The notes under the pieces: model-generated
Told to the model about the DNA's origin: nothing
Database searches by the model: none
Seen by the model: the letters and a program-made list of their open reading frames with translations, nothing else
In this document: positions 9,466-18,610 of the stretch, in pieces
Numbering within the stretch: position 1 is the stretch's first letter
Layout of the letters: each line of letters begins with the position of its first letter
Assembly: GCA_965220965.1 (NCBI GenBank)
Contig: OZ244852.1
Coordinates: forward strand, 1,696,001-1,760,000
Direction of reading: 5' to 3'
Length of the DNA stretch: 64,000 nt
Origin: Candidatus Marinacidobacterium sp.
GTDB taxonomy: Bacteria > Acidobacteriota > Vicinamibacteria > Marinacidobacterales > Marinacidobacteraceae
Program-made: the position numbers and the translations under genes

Positions 9466-9593
9466 GAGGGCGGGATCCTACGGCGGTCCGGGGACCGAGG
9501 GAGCGTCCGCCCTCAGGACCTCTCCGCCCTCCGCCGGGAGGCGAGAGCGTTCGGAGGCCCTATATTGGAGCGGCGCAGGGAGGCGCCCCACCC

Positions 9594-10082
9594 ATGACGA
9601 AGATGCTGAAAGCCGCCCTGGTTGTCGCGCTCCTCGGACTCGCGTTCGGAAGCGGATGGCTGGCGTCCGGGATCGGGGTTGGCCGGCGGGCGCCCGCCAG
9701 TTCGCTCGAAGCGCGCGAGGCGGCGTTCCTCGAGCGGATGACGAACGTCGCGCTCGACGGGAGCTTCACGGTGGCGTGGCCCGAAGCGCGCGAGGGCGAG
9801 TTCCGCGATCGCTACGAGATTTCCTCGGTCGAGAAACTGGACGGGAACCGGTGGCGGTTCAACGCCCGGGTGATCTACGGGAGCGTCGATGTCACCGCGC
9901 CGGTCGTCGTCCCGATGGAGTTCGTCGGGGACGTGCCGGTCATCGTGCTGAAGGACGCGGCGCTGCCGGGACTCGGGGACGAGTTCGGCGCGGTGGTGTC
10001 GTTCGATGGAGATCGCTACGCGGGAACCTGGGACCACGGGGAGGTGGGAGGTTTCCTCTACGGCCGCATCGAACCGCAGTAG
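9594..10082 (+). CDS. Conserved hypothetical exported/membrane-anchored beta-rich protein
   Basis: N-terminal hydrophobic segment; SD GGAGG; normal GC3-rich codon usage; YAGTWDHGEVGGFLYG C-terminus. Confidence 0.7.
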   Translation: MTKMLKAALVVALLGLAFGSGWLASGIGVGRRAPASSLEAREAAFLERMTNVALDGSFTVAWPEAREGEFRDRYEISSVEKLDGNRWRFNARVIYGSVDVTAPVVVPMEFVGDVPVIVLKDAALPGLGDEFGAVVSFDGDRYAGTWDHGEVGGFLYGRIEPQ

Positions 10083-10126
10083 CGGTCTCCGTTAGGGCTC
10101 CCCGGCCAGGAGCCGCGGGAAGCCTC

Positions 10127-10855
10127 TCAGCTCCTGGGCTTGAGCAGCGCCGCGCGGCGCGCGGTGGACTCCGGGGAGAACCAGGTCTCGAGGAAGCCCT
10201 CGCGCTTTTCGTCGCGGCTTCCGGCGGCCCGGCCGGCGTAGGGGTTCCGGAGCTCGAGCTTGGTGTGCTCGTAGGCGCCTCGGGGAAGCGCTCCGAGTTC
10301 GCCGGCGAGCGTGCGGGCGTGCGGGAGGAGCTCCTCGGGTGGGGCGAGTTCGTGGAGGAAGCCGTTTTGGACCGCTTCCTCCGGCCCGGTGAGGGCGCCC
10401 CGGAGGAGCACCCCGGAGGTGCGCGTCGCCGGAATCGCGGCGCGCAGGATCTCGAAGGCGATCGCGGGGAAGACCACCCCGAGCGACACCTCGGAGACGC
10501 CGACCCGGTAGTCGCCCTCGGCCCCCAGCCGGAAGTCGCACGCGGCGGCCAGAATGGCTCCTCCGGCGACGGCGTGGCCGTTCACCGCGGCGACCGTGGG
10601 CGTCGGAAAGAGGAACAGCCGGGCGAGGAGGTCCTCGAAGTCGCCGAGGAACCGGCTCATGCCCGGACGGTCCGACGGAAGCCCCGTCAGGTCGAGGCCC
10701 GCCGAGAAGAACTTCCCGGACCCGGTGAGCACGACCGGCGCGGCGTCCTCCTGCGCCCGGTCGAGGCCGGCGCCGAGACGGGCGACCAGTTCGGGCCCGA
10801 TGGCGTTCGCCCGGCCGGTATCGAGCGTGAGGACTGCGGCCCCGGAAGCGGTCAT
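10127..10855 (-). CDS. Enoyl-CoA hydratase/isomerase family protein
   Basis: FFSAGLDL, PTVAAVNGHAVAGGAILAAACDFR and SEVSLG crotonase motifs. Confidence 0.9.
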   Translation of the reverse strand: MTASGAAVLTLDTGRANAIGPELVARLGAGLDRAQEDAAPVVLTGSGKFFSAGLDLTGLPSDRPGMSRFLGDFEDLLARLFLFPTPTVAAVNGHAVAGGAILAAACDFRLGAEGDYRVGVSEVSLGVVFPAIAFEILRAAIPATRTSGVLLRGALTGPEEAVQNGFLHELAPPEELLPHARTLAGELGALPRGAYEHTKLELRNPYAGRAAGSRDEKREGFLETWFSPESTARRAALLKPRS

Positions 10856-10882
10856 CGAGCGTTCCGGGGCCGCGGCGTTCGA

Positions 10883-11515
10883 CTACTCGAGGCCTTCGAG
10901 CGCTTCCATCAGCGGGCCGTAGTCATCCACGATCTGGTAGTCGTAGTTGACGTACCGGAGGATGCCTTCGCGGTCCACCACGAACGTGGCGCGGGAGGCG
11001 TAGGTGGCCCCGTTGATCTCGAGCGGCTTCACGCCGTACGCGTCCACCACTTCGGTCGTGCGGTCCGAGAGCAGCACGAGCGCGGGCAGTTCGCCTTCGG
11101 CGGCCTGCGGGCGGCCGCCCTTGTCGGCCGAGAAGCTCTCCATCCAGTTCCACTGGGAGAACGGAGAGTCGACACTGATTCCGAAAACCATGGCGCCTGC
11201 ATCCAGAAACTTCTGGATGTCGTCCCTGTAGGACGAAAACTGGCGCGTTCAACCACCCGTCCAGTCGGCGACATAGAAGGCGAGCACGATGTTCTTCTCG
11301 CCGATCACGTCCTGGAGCGCGATGCTGGTCGCGCCGGGGCGTTCCCCGGCGGTGGAGGGCAGCGCGTTCGGGAAGGCGGGCGCCCGGTCTCCCACCTTGA
11401 GCGGTCCGTCCTGGGCCATCGCGTCAGGAGCGGCCGGTCCGGCGGCGAGGCCGAAGGCGAGGGCTGCGGCGACGCCGAGGAGCGACGCCTGACGCAGCAA
11501 AACGGGGAGCTTCAT
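10883..11515 (-). CDS. Peroxiredoxin (AhpC/TSA family) selenoprotein, 210 aa, in-frame UGA (Sec) at 11249-11251
   Basis: Signal peptide + LKVGDRAPAF...VLAFYVADWTGG-UGA-TRQFSSY...VFGISVDS...SRATFVVD; UGA sits at the peroxidatic Cys position; SD GGAGGT; joins track ORFs 11249..12229 (3' part) and 10883..11191 in one frame. Confidence 0.85.
11220..11236 (-). promoter_or_regulatory. Candidate bacterial SECIS hairpin
   Basis: UCGUCC-UACAG-GGACGA hairpin starting 12 nt after the UGA; second hairpin CAUCCAGA-AGUU-UCUGGAUG at 11200-11219. Confidence 0.6.
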
Positions 11516-11770
11516 GGGGGACCTCCGCGGAGAAGGACATGGGATGGGTTCGGGGAGATTGTGGCATGAAGGCGATCCGCGCTGGAGCAGCGCCGGCCGA
11601 TGACGCCCGCCAGGGCTGGCGACGCGCGCGGCGAGCCGCGATCGTCCTGATCTGGCGCGACCCCCTCGCGCCCCGCCCATCGCTCCGTCCGGGTGGTAGG
11701 CTTGATTTTCCCGAATTTCTCCCCTCCCGCCGGGGTGTGGCGGAACCGAACCGAGAGGCATGGTGGACTG

Positions 11771-12247
11771 GTGAGTCTGAGTTTTCGTTCGCGTCTGGAG
11801 GCCGAGGTGCGGGCCCTCGAAGAGGAGCTGCACCTCCACCTCCCGAAGCAGATCAAGGAGGCGCGGGAGCACGGCGACCTCTCGGAGAACGCGGAGTACG
11901 AGGCGGCGAAGGAACGGCAGGGGTACGTCGCGGTGCGGCTGACCCAGTTGAAGAAGCGGCTCGCCGACCTGTCCATGCTGAACCTCGAGAACATCCCGGC
12001 CGACCGGGTGTCGCTCGGGAGCGTGGTGAAGGTCATGGACCTGGACACCGAGGAGGAGCAGCGCTACGAACTGGTCGTGAGCGAGGAAGCCGACGCCGCG
12101 AAGGGCAAGGTCTCCACCGGCTCGCCGATCGGGCGCGCGCTGATGGGCTCGCGGGTGGGCGACGAAGTGAACGTCCGGACCCCGAAGGGGGAGCGGGAGC
12201 TTGAGGTGCTCGACCTGAAGACCATCCACGAACGGGGGGCAAAGTGA
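11771..12247 (+). CDS. greA: Transcription elongation factor GreA
   Basis: IKEAREHGDLSENAEYEAAKERQ and STGSPIGRALMG motifs; start codon uncertain. Confidence 0.92.
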   Translation: MSLSFRSRLEAEVRALEEELHLHLPKQIKEAREHGDLSENAEYEAAKERQGYVAVRLTQLKKRLADLSMLNLENIPADRVSLGSVVKVMDLDTEEEQRYELVVSEEADAAKGKVSTGSPIGRALMGSRVGDEVNVRTPKGERELEVLDLKTIHERGAK

Positions 12248-13611
12248 TCGAGCAGGCGCGGGGATCCGGCGGAGCCGCGCGCATCGGCCGAAGGGGCGTT
12301 CCCGCGGCGCTGGCGCTGCTGCTCGGCGCCGGACCGGTGACGGCGGCCGAGGTCCATCAGGTGGACGTCGTGGACATCATCCACGCGGTCTCGGCGGCGC
12401 GGGTCCTCGAGACGATCGGGGCGGCGGAGGAGGCGGAGGCCGACCTGGTCCTCGTGCGGCTGGACACCCCCGGCGGTCTCGACACCTCGATGCGCGAGAT
12501 CATCGAGGCGATCCTGAACAGCGAAGTCCCGGTCGCGGTCTACGTCGGGCCCTCGGGGTCGCGGGCGGCGTCCGCCGGCTACCTCATCACGCTGGCGGCG
12601 GACGTTTCGGGCATGGCGCCCGGCACCAACATGGGCGCGGCCACTCCGGTCTCCACCGGCGGCGAGATGCCGGAGACGCTGAGCCGGAAGGTGGAGTCCG
12701 ACGCCGCGGCCTACCTGCGCTCGATCGCCGAGCGGCGCGGACGGGACGTGGAGCTCGCCGAACAGGGCGTGACGGAGGCGCGGAGCTGGACCGCTTCGGA
12801 AGCGCTCGAGGCCGGGCTGATCGACCTGGTAGCGGATGACGCCGCGGCCTTCGTGGAGGCGCTCCACGGCCGGACGGTGCGGCGCATCGACGGGGAGGAG
12901 GTCGTGCTGGACACCGAGGGCGCGACGATCGTCCAGACCGAGATGTCGATCCGGGACCGCGCGCTCTCCGTCATCGCGAACCCGAGCCTGGCGGTCCTGC
13001 TGGGGATGGTGGGGCTGCTCGGCCTCTACCTCGAGTTCTCGAATCCGGGGCTGCTGATCCCCGGAGTCCTGGGCGTCATCGCGCTGCTGCTGGCCGGGTT
13101 CGGACTGAACCTGCTGCCGGTGAGCGCCCTAGGGATCGCGCTCCTGCTCGTCGGGATCGGGCTCCTGACGGCGGAAGCTCTCACCCCGTCCTTCGGGCTG
13201 ATGGGGCTGTCGGGCGCCGTCGCGCTCGTTCTCGGGCTACTCTTTTTCTATGAGGAGCAGTCGCTGCCGACGCCGGCGCTGGACCTGAGCGTGGGACTCG
13301 TGATCCCCACGGTCATCGTCTTCGCGGTGATCGTGTTCTTCCTCGGCCAGATGGTGGTCCGCTCCCAGCGGAATCCACCGGTCAGCGGGGTCGAGGGCAT
13401 GGTCGGGGACCTGGCCACCGCCAGCACCGATATCGCCGCCGGCGGAACCGGCAAGGTCTTCATCCAGGGCGAGTACTGGGACGCCGAGGCGACGGCCGCG
13501 ATCTCCTCGGGAGAGCGGGCGCCGGTCCTCGCGGTCGAGGGGCTCCTGCTGCGCGTGGGGCCGGCGGTCCGCCGCGGCCTTGCGCAGCCCGCTTCCGACC
13601 AGGACGAGTGA
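12244..13611 (+). CDS. nfeD: NfeD family membrane-bound ClpP-class serine protease
   Basis: LDTPGGL, RAASAG and APGTNMGAATPV motifs; TM region; C-terminal OB domain GKVFIQGEYWDA. Confidence 0.9.
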   Translation: MIEQARGSGGAARIGRRGVPAALALLLGAGPVTAAEVHQVDVVDIIHAVSAARVLETIGAAEEAEADLVLVRLDTPGGLDTSMREIIEAILNSEVPVAVYVGPSGSRAASAGYLITLAADVSGMAPGTNMGAATPVSTGGEMPETLSRKVESDAAAYLRSIAERRGRDVELAEQGVTEARSWTASEALEAGLIDLVADDAAAFVEALHGRTVRRIDGEEVVLDTEGATIVQTEMSIRDRALSVIANPSLAVLLGMVGLLGLYLEFSNPGLLIPGVLGVIALLLAGFGLNLLPVSALGIALLLVGIGLLTAEALTPSFGLMGLSGAVALVLGLLFFYEEQSLPTPALDLSVGLVIPTVIVFAVIVFFLGQMVVRSQRNPPVSGVEGMVGDLATASTDIAAGGTGKVFIQGEYWDAEATAAISSGERAPVLAVEGLLLRVGPAVRRGLAQPASDQDE

Positions 13612-13771
13612 CGGCGGAGGAGTCGCCCGGCGCGGCTCTCCCGCCAACGTTCGCCGCGCCAGGCTCCCCGGACGCGCTCCGCGGCGCTTCGGTCAGAATA
13701 TCCCTGAGGCCAGCGCCCCCGCCGGGGGCCCTGGCGCCTACCTGACTTCATCCAGAGGCGGCTAAACGCTC

Positions 13772-14548
13772 ATGTTCGGACTCCCCCTCGGCGCACTCCT
13801 CGCCATCACCTTCGGCGCGATCTTCATCCTGAACTGGATCAAGGTGCTGAACGAGTACGAGCGGGGGGTCGTGTTCCGCTTCGGCAAACTGCTCCCCACG
13901 ATCAAGGGCCCCGGCCTGATCCTCGTCTTCTCCCCGATTGATCGTCTGGTCCGGGTCAGCCTGCGGGTCGTGGCGTTCGATGTGCCGCCGCAGGACATCA
14001 TCACCCGCGACAACGTGTCGGTGAAGGTGAACGCCGTCGTGTTCTACCGGGTGGTGGAGCCGAAGAACGCCATCATCGCCGTCGAGGACTTCCGCTACGC
14101 GACCTCGCAGTTGGCGCAGACCACGCTGCGGAGCGTGCTCGGACAGGTGGAGCTGGACGACCTGCTATCCCAGCGGGACCGGCTGAACCAGCAGCTCCAG
14201 GGCATCCTGGACAAGAGCACCGACCCGTGGGGGATCAAGGTGGCTTCGGTGGAGGTCAAGCACGTCGACCTTCCGTCCGAGATGACCCGGGCGCTGGCGA
14301 AGCAGGCGGAGGCCGAGCGCGAGAAGCGCGCCAAGGTGATCCACGCCGAGGGCGAACTGCAGGCCTCGGAACAGCTTTCCCAGGCGGCGAAGGTCGTCGG
14401 GTCCCATCCGCTGGGCGCCCAGTTGCGCTACCTCCAGACGCTGACGGAGATCGCCTCCGAAAAGAACTCGACGATCATCTTCCCGTTGCCGCTGGACCTG
14501 GTGAAGCCGTTCGCCTCGCTCATGGAGAAGATGGGATCCGACCGCTGA
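13772..14548 (+). CDS. SPFH/band 7 (slipin/stomatin-like) protein
   Basis: [28 protein letters not shown] and [17 protein letters not shown]; canonical nfeD partner. Confidence 0.92.
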   Translation: MFGLPLGALLAITFGAIFILNWIKVLNEYERGVVFRFGKLLPTIKGPGLILVFSPIDRLVRVSLRVVAFDVPPQDIITRDNVSVKVNAVVFYRVVEPKNAIIAVEDFRYATSQLAQTTLRSVLGQVELDDLLSQRDRLNQQLQGILDKSTDPWGIKVASVEVKHVDLPSEMTRALAKQAEAEREKRAKVIHAEGELQASEQLSQAAKVVGSHPLGAQLRYLQTLTEIASEKNSTIIFPLPLDLVKPFASLMEKMGSDR

Positions 14549-14588
14549 CGGGCCGGGGAGCGCGGGGGCCCCTGACCCCCGGCGATAC

Positions 14589-14605
14589 CTCAAGTATTAC
14601 TTGAG
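14589..14605. promoter_or_regulatory. AT-rich palindrome CTCAAGTA-T-TACTTGAG, candidate TF operator upstream of the SPOR gene
   Basis: Perfect 8 bp inverted repeat overlapping TTGAGC; extended -10 TGGTAGGAT at 14623-14631. Confidence 0.5.
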
Positions 14606-14671
14606 CAATTCGCCGTAAGTGGTGGTAGGATCGGGGACAGTGCGGGGATTTCCCTCGTGCTGGAGGCCGTC

Positions 14672-15364
14672 ATGAGCACCCCCCCGGATCACGACTACTA
14701 CGACATCCAGTTCAGCACCCGGCAACTGGCCCTGCTCTTCGGGCTGCTCGTGGTGATCGTCGGAGGGGTCTTTGTCGGCGGCATCGTGATCGGCCGCAAC
14801 ATGTCGTACGACGCCCGGACGGTCATCGCGGAACGCGGGGTGAACGAACCGCTGGTTCCGCCGGGCGGTCCGGCGGAGACGACTCCGGCCGCCGCGCCGA
14901 CCGGCGCTCCGGAGCAGGCGACGCAGGTGACTGCGGTGGAGGCGGCCCCCGCGCCGCAGCCGATTCCGGCGCCGGTGGAGCCCCGGATGGAGACCCCGTC
15001 CGCGGCGGAGGCCACGGCCCGGATGGCGGAAGTTCCTGGCGGGTTCGCGACGGATCAGGCGCAAGGCGAACCGCAGACCGCGCGGATCGCCGAGCCGCCG
15101 CCCTCTCCTTCACCGGCGGCCGCCTCCGCGCCCACCGGACGGTTCACGATCCAGGTGGCGGCGTTCCGGGACCGCGCCGCGGCCGAGCGGCTGCTCTCGC
15201 AGATCAACGCCATGGGCCTCGACGGCTACCTCGAGGGAACGCCCGCCGGGATCTTCCGGGTCCGCGTGGGGCGCTTCGCCACCCGGGAAGACGCCCGGGC
15301 CGTCGCCACCCGGCTCGAGGCCGAGGAACTGGCGGCGCTCGTCACGAGCCGTTCGGAAGGCTGA
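14672..15364 (+). CDS. SPOR-domain cell division protein (FtsN/DedD-like)
   Basis: N-terminal TM, Pro/Ala linker, C-terminal FTIQVAAFRDRAAAERL...FRVRVGRFATREDA; SD GGAGG. Confidence 0.85.
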   Translation: MSTPPDHDYYDIQFSTRQLALLFGLLVVIVGGVFVGGIVIGRNMSYDARTVIAERGVNEPLVPPGGPAETTPAAAPTGAPEQATQVTAVEAAPAPQPIPAPVEPRMETPSAAEATARMAEVPGGFATDQAQGEPQTARIAEPPPSPSPAAASAPTGRFTIQVAAFRDRAAAERLLSQINAMGLDGYLEGTPAGIFRVRVGRFATREDARAVATRLEAEELAALVTSRSEG

Positions 15365-15474
15365 AGGCTGACCCGCGGGACGCCTCTTTCATCGCCCCGA
15401 CCGAGGAGCCCTCGGGCTAGGATTTCGCGGTAGGGGGGAGCGGTGATCCTGTCGGGAGAAAGGCGGCCGTCGTG

Positions 15475-16570
15475 ATGCAGGAACTTCTGGAACGCTACAA
15501 CGCGCTGGCGCCGCGGGTGGCGGTGATCCGGGGGTTTCTTTGACCCGGACGGGCTCGCCAGCCAGATCGCGGAACTCGACGAGAAGCTGACCGACGCGGG
15601 GGTCTGGTCCGCCTCGGGCGACGGAGAGGCTCTCTCCCGGAAACGCGCCGAGCTGGACGGGGAACGCACCCGCGGCGCCGCGTTCGCCGAGCTGGCCGAG
15701 GAGGTCGAGACGCTCGTCGAGTGGGCGCGCGACGGGGAGGAGGTCGAAGACGACCTCGCCGAACACCTGACCCGGCTCGAGGCGGCTCTCGACGACTTCG
15801 AGCTCCGGCGGCTGTTCGGGGAAGAACACGACGCCGAGGACGCGATCGTCACGATCAATCCGGGCGCCGGCGGGACCGACGCCCAGGACTGGGCCGGGAT
15901 GCTGCTGTCCATGTACATCCGGTGGGCGCGGAGCCGGGACTTCGAGGTGCGGATCCTCGACGAACAGCCGGCGGAAGAGGCGGGGATCAAGAGCGCGACG
16001 CTCGAAGTCCGCGGCGACCACGCCTACGGCCGGCTGCGGGTGGAGTCCGGCATCCACCGGCTCGTCCGCATGTCCCCCTTCGACACCCAGCACCGCCGCC
16101 ACACCTCGTTCGCCTCGGTCGCCGCCTTCCCCGACCTCGACGACCGGATCGAAATCGAGGTGGACGAGAACGACCTGCGCATCGACACCTTCCGGGCCAG
16201 CGGCAAGGGCGGGCAGCACGTGAACGTGACCGATTCGGCGGTGCGGATCACCCACCTGCCCACCGGGATCGTGGTGTCCTGCCAGAACGAACGGTCCCAG
16301 CACCGCAACCGCGACAGCGCCATGAAGGTGCTGCGGGCGCGGCTCTACGACCGGGCGGTCCAGGAGGCGAAGGCCCGCGAGGAGGCGCAGAAGGAGAGCC
16401 TCGGGGAAAACACCTGGGGCAACCAGATCCGCTCCTATGTCTTCCAGCCCTACCGGCTGGTGAAGGACCACCGCACGAACTTCCAGATGGGCGATGTGGA
16501 CAAGGTCATGGGCGGCGATCTGGACGGCTTCATCAAGGCGGGGCTTACGCACGCCGCCCAGGGGCGGTGA
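15475..16570 (+). CDS. prfB: Peptide chain release factor 2, programmed +1 frameshift
   Basis: MQELLERYNALAPRVAVIRGFL then CTT TGA C; +1 frame continues DPDGLASQ... into SPF and GGQ motifs. Confidence 0.93.
15529..15544 (+). promoter_or_regulatory. prfB +1 frameshift site CGGGGG-TTT-CTT-TGA-C
   Basis: Matches the conserved internal SD plus CUUUGAC slippery site. Confidence 0.9.
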
Positions 16571-16607
16571 TGGGAGCGTCGCCGTCGGCTGCTAGCCTCC
16601 CCGCGCC

Positions 16608-17750
16608 GTGACGGGAGAACTCAGGCGGACGCCGCTCCACGCGCTCCATCGGGAGCTCGGGGGGCGGATGGTCCCCTTCGGCGGGTGGGAGATGCCGGTG
16701 CAGTTCGGGGGGGTCGTGGCGGAGCACCTGGCGGTCCGGCGCGAGGCTGGCCTCTTCGATGTGAGCCACATGGGGGAGTTCCGGGTGAAGGGACCCGAGG
16801 CCGTCGCCCTGCTCCAGCGGCTCACCCCCAACGACGTGGAGGCGCTGCGGGTCGGACGGGCGCACTACTCGGCGCTCACCACCGACTCGGGCGGCATCGT
16901 GGATGACCTGGTCATCTATCGCCGGGCGCTCGACGAGTTCCTGATCGTGGCGAACGCCGCGAACACCGCGAAGGACCTGGCGTGGATCCGGGAGCGCGGC
17001 GGGAGCGCCGCCGACTGCGTCACCGACATCAGCGACGAGACGGCGCTCATCGCGCTCCAGGGGCCGAAGGCCCAGACGATCCTCGAGCCGCTGACGGATA
17101 TGGATCTCGCCTCGGTCCGCTACTACCGCTTCGCCGACGGCGCGATCTGCGGCGTCCGGGGCACGGTGGCGCGGATGGGGTACACCGGCGAGGACGGGTT
17201 CGAGATCATGCTTCCGGCGGGCGAGGCCGAGGGCGTGGCCCGGCGGATCCTCGACGCCGGCGCCGCCGAGGGACTCGCGCCGGCGGGCCTCGGGGCGCGG
17301 GACACGCTCCGCCTCGAGGCCCGCATGGCCCTCCACGGCCAGGACATCGACGAGGACCACACCGTCGAGGAAGCGGACCTCGGCTGGATCGTGAAGCCGG
17401 ACAAGGGCGAGTTCATCGGAAGGGCGGCGATCCTGGCGCAGCGGGAGGCCGGCGTGTCCCGGAAGCTGGTGGGCTTCGAGATGCGCGACCGGGGAATCGC
17501 CCGCAGCGGTTACCCGGTCCGGGTGGACGGCGAGCCGTGCGGCGCGGTGACGAGCGGCGCCCACACCCCCTTCCTGAAGAAGGCGATCGGCCTGGCCTAC
17601 CTGCCGGCCGGCGCCAACGAGCCCGGAACGCGCTTCGAAGTGGAAATCCGCGGACGCCGGGTCGCGGCCGAAGTCGTCCCCACCCCGTTCTACGTCCGCC
17701 CCGGCCGACGGAAGAAGAAAAAGCGGCGCCGGGCCGCGCCCACCGCCTGA
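16608..17750 (+). CDS. gcvT: Glycine cleavage system aminomethyltransferase T
   Basis: [36 protein letters not shown] and [12 protein letters not shown]. Confidence 0.95.
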   Translation: MTGELRRTPLHALHRELGGRMVPFGGWEMPVQFGGVVAEHLAVRREAGLFDVSHMGEFRVKGPEAVALLQRLTPNDVEALRVGRAHYSALTTDSGGIVDDLVIYRRALDEFLIVANAANTAKDLAWIRERGGSAADCVTDISDETALIALQGPKAQTILEPLTDMDLASVRYYRFADGAICGVRGTVARMGYTGEDGFEIMLPAGEAEGVARRILDAGAAEGLAPAGLGARDTLRLEARMALHGQDIDEDHTVEEADLGWIVKPDKGEFIGRAAILAQREAGVSRKLVGFEMRDRGIARSGYPVRVDGEPCGAVTSGAHTPFLKKAIGLAYLPAGANEPGTRFEVEIRGRRVAAEVVPTPFYVRPGRRKKKKRRRAAPTA

Positions 17751-17772
17751 CTCCCCGAAAAGGACTCCACCG

Positions 17773-18174
17773 ATGTCTTCGATCCCCGAGGGTCTCTACT
17801 ACAGCAAGGAACACGAATGGCTGCGCCTCGACGGCGACGGCCTCGCCACGATCGGGATCACCGATCACGCCCAGGACGAACTGGGGGACATCGTCTACGT
17901 GGAGCTTCCCGCCGAGGGCGACGCCTTCGCCGCCAGCGACGTGATCGGGAGCGTGGAGTCGGTCAAGGCGGTGTCCGAGATCTACTCGCCAGTGTCGGGG
18001 ACGGTGGCCGGAGTGAACGAGACGCTGGAAGCGGCGCCCGAGCAGCTCAACGCGGCGCCCTACGCCGAGGGATGGCTCGTCCAGGTCCGGCTGGAGGACG
18101 AGAGCGCCGCGGTCGAGGGACTGCTGTCGCCCGCCGAATACGGGGAGTACCTGGCCGCCGAAGCGGGGGATTGA
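17773..18174 (+). CDS. gcvH: Glycine cleavage system H protein
   Basis: YSKEHEW, GITDHAQDELGDIVYVELP and ESVKAVSEIYSP (lipoyl Lys). Confidence 0.95.
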   Translation: MSSIPEGLYYSKEHEWLRLDGDGLATIGITDHAQDELGDIVYVELPAEGDAFAASDVIGSVESVKAVSEIYSPVSGTVAGVNETLEAAPEQLNAAPYAEGWLVQVRLEDESAAVEGLLSPAEYGEYLAAEAGD

Positions 18175-18238
18175 GGGCGACCGGGCGCGCCGCCCCGGCC
18201 ACCCGCAGGGGCTCAGCCGGGCTAGTATGGCCGTCGGT

Positions 18239-18610
18239 CCGAGTCGTTCAGACGGTCGCCGGCTCGATTCCGGGCGGGAGGAAAGTCCGAACTCCGCAAG
18301 GCAGTGCGCTGGGTAACCCCCAGTCCGGGTGACCGGAAGGAAAGTGCCACAGAAAACAGACCGCCTCTCCCTCCGGGGAGCGGCAAGGGTGAAAAGGTGC
18401 GGTAAGAGCGCACCGCCCGTCCAGCGATGGATGGGGCACGGTAAACCCCGTATGGAGCAAGACCAAATAGGGAAGCGTTCGAGGGCCGCCTGTCCGAGCT
18501 TCCGGGTAGGTCGCTCGACCCGGCGGGCAATCGCCGGGCTAGATGCATGACCGTCACTCCGTCCCGGGCGACCGGAGCGGAGAACAGAATTCGGCTTACG
18601 AGCGGCTCGG
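18239..18610 (+). ncRNA. rnpB: RNase P RNA (bacterial type A)
   Basis: GAGGAAAGTCCGAAC...AGTGCCACAGAAAA...GGTAAGAGCGCACC...GAGCAAGACCAAATAGG...ACAGAATTCGGCTTA; P1 CCGAGTCGTTC/GAGCGGCTCGG; compensatory P4 change. Confidence 0.95.

Noticed and set aside
11249-11251. Peroxiredoxin as a nonsense pseudogene
   Set aside because: The stop is UGA exactly at the catalytic Cys column, both halves are intact and a hairpin follows; Sec is the simpler reading, pending sel genes
13690-13770. GC-rich hairpin in the slipin 5' region as a riboswitch or ncRNA
   Set aside because: No recognisable family consensus; such stems arise easily at this GC content
16571-16607. Glycine riboswitch upstream of gcvT
   Set aside because: Intergenic region is only 37 nt and has no aptamer consensus
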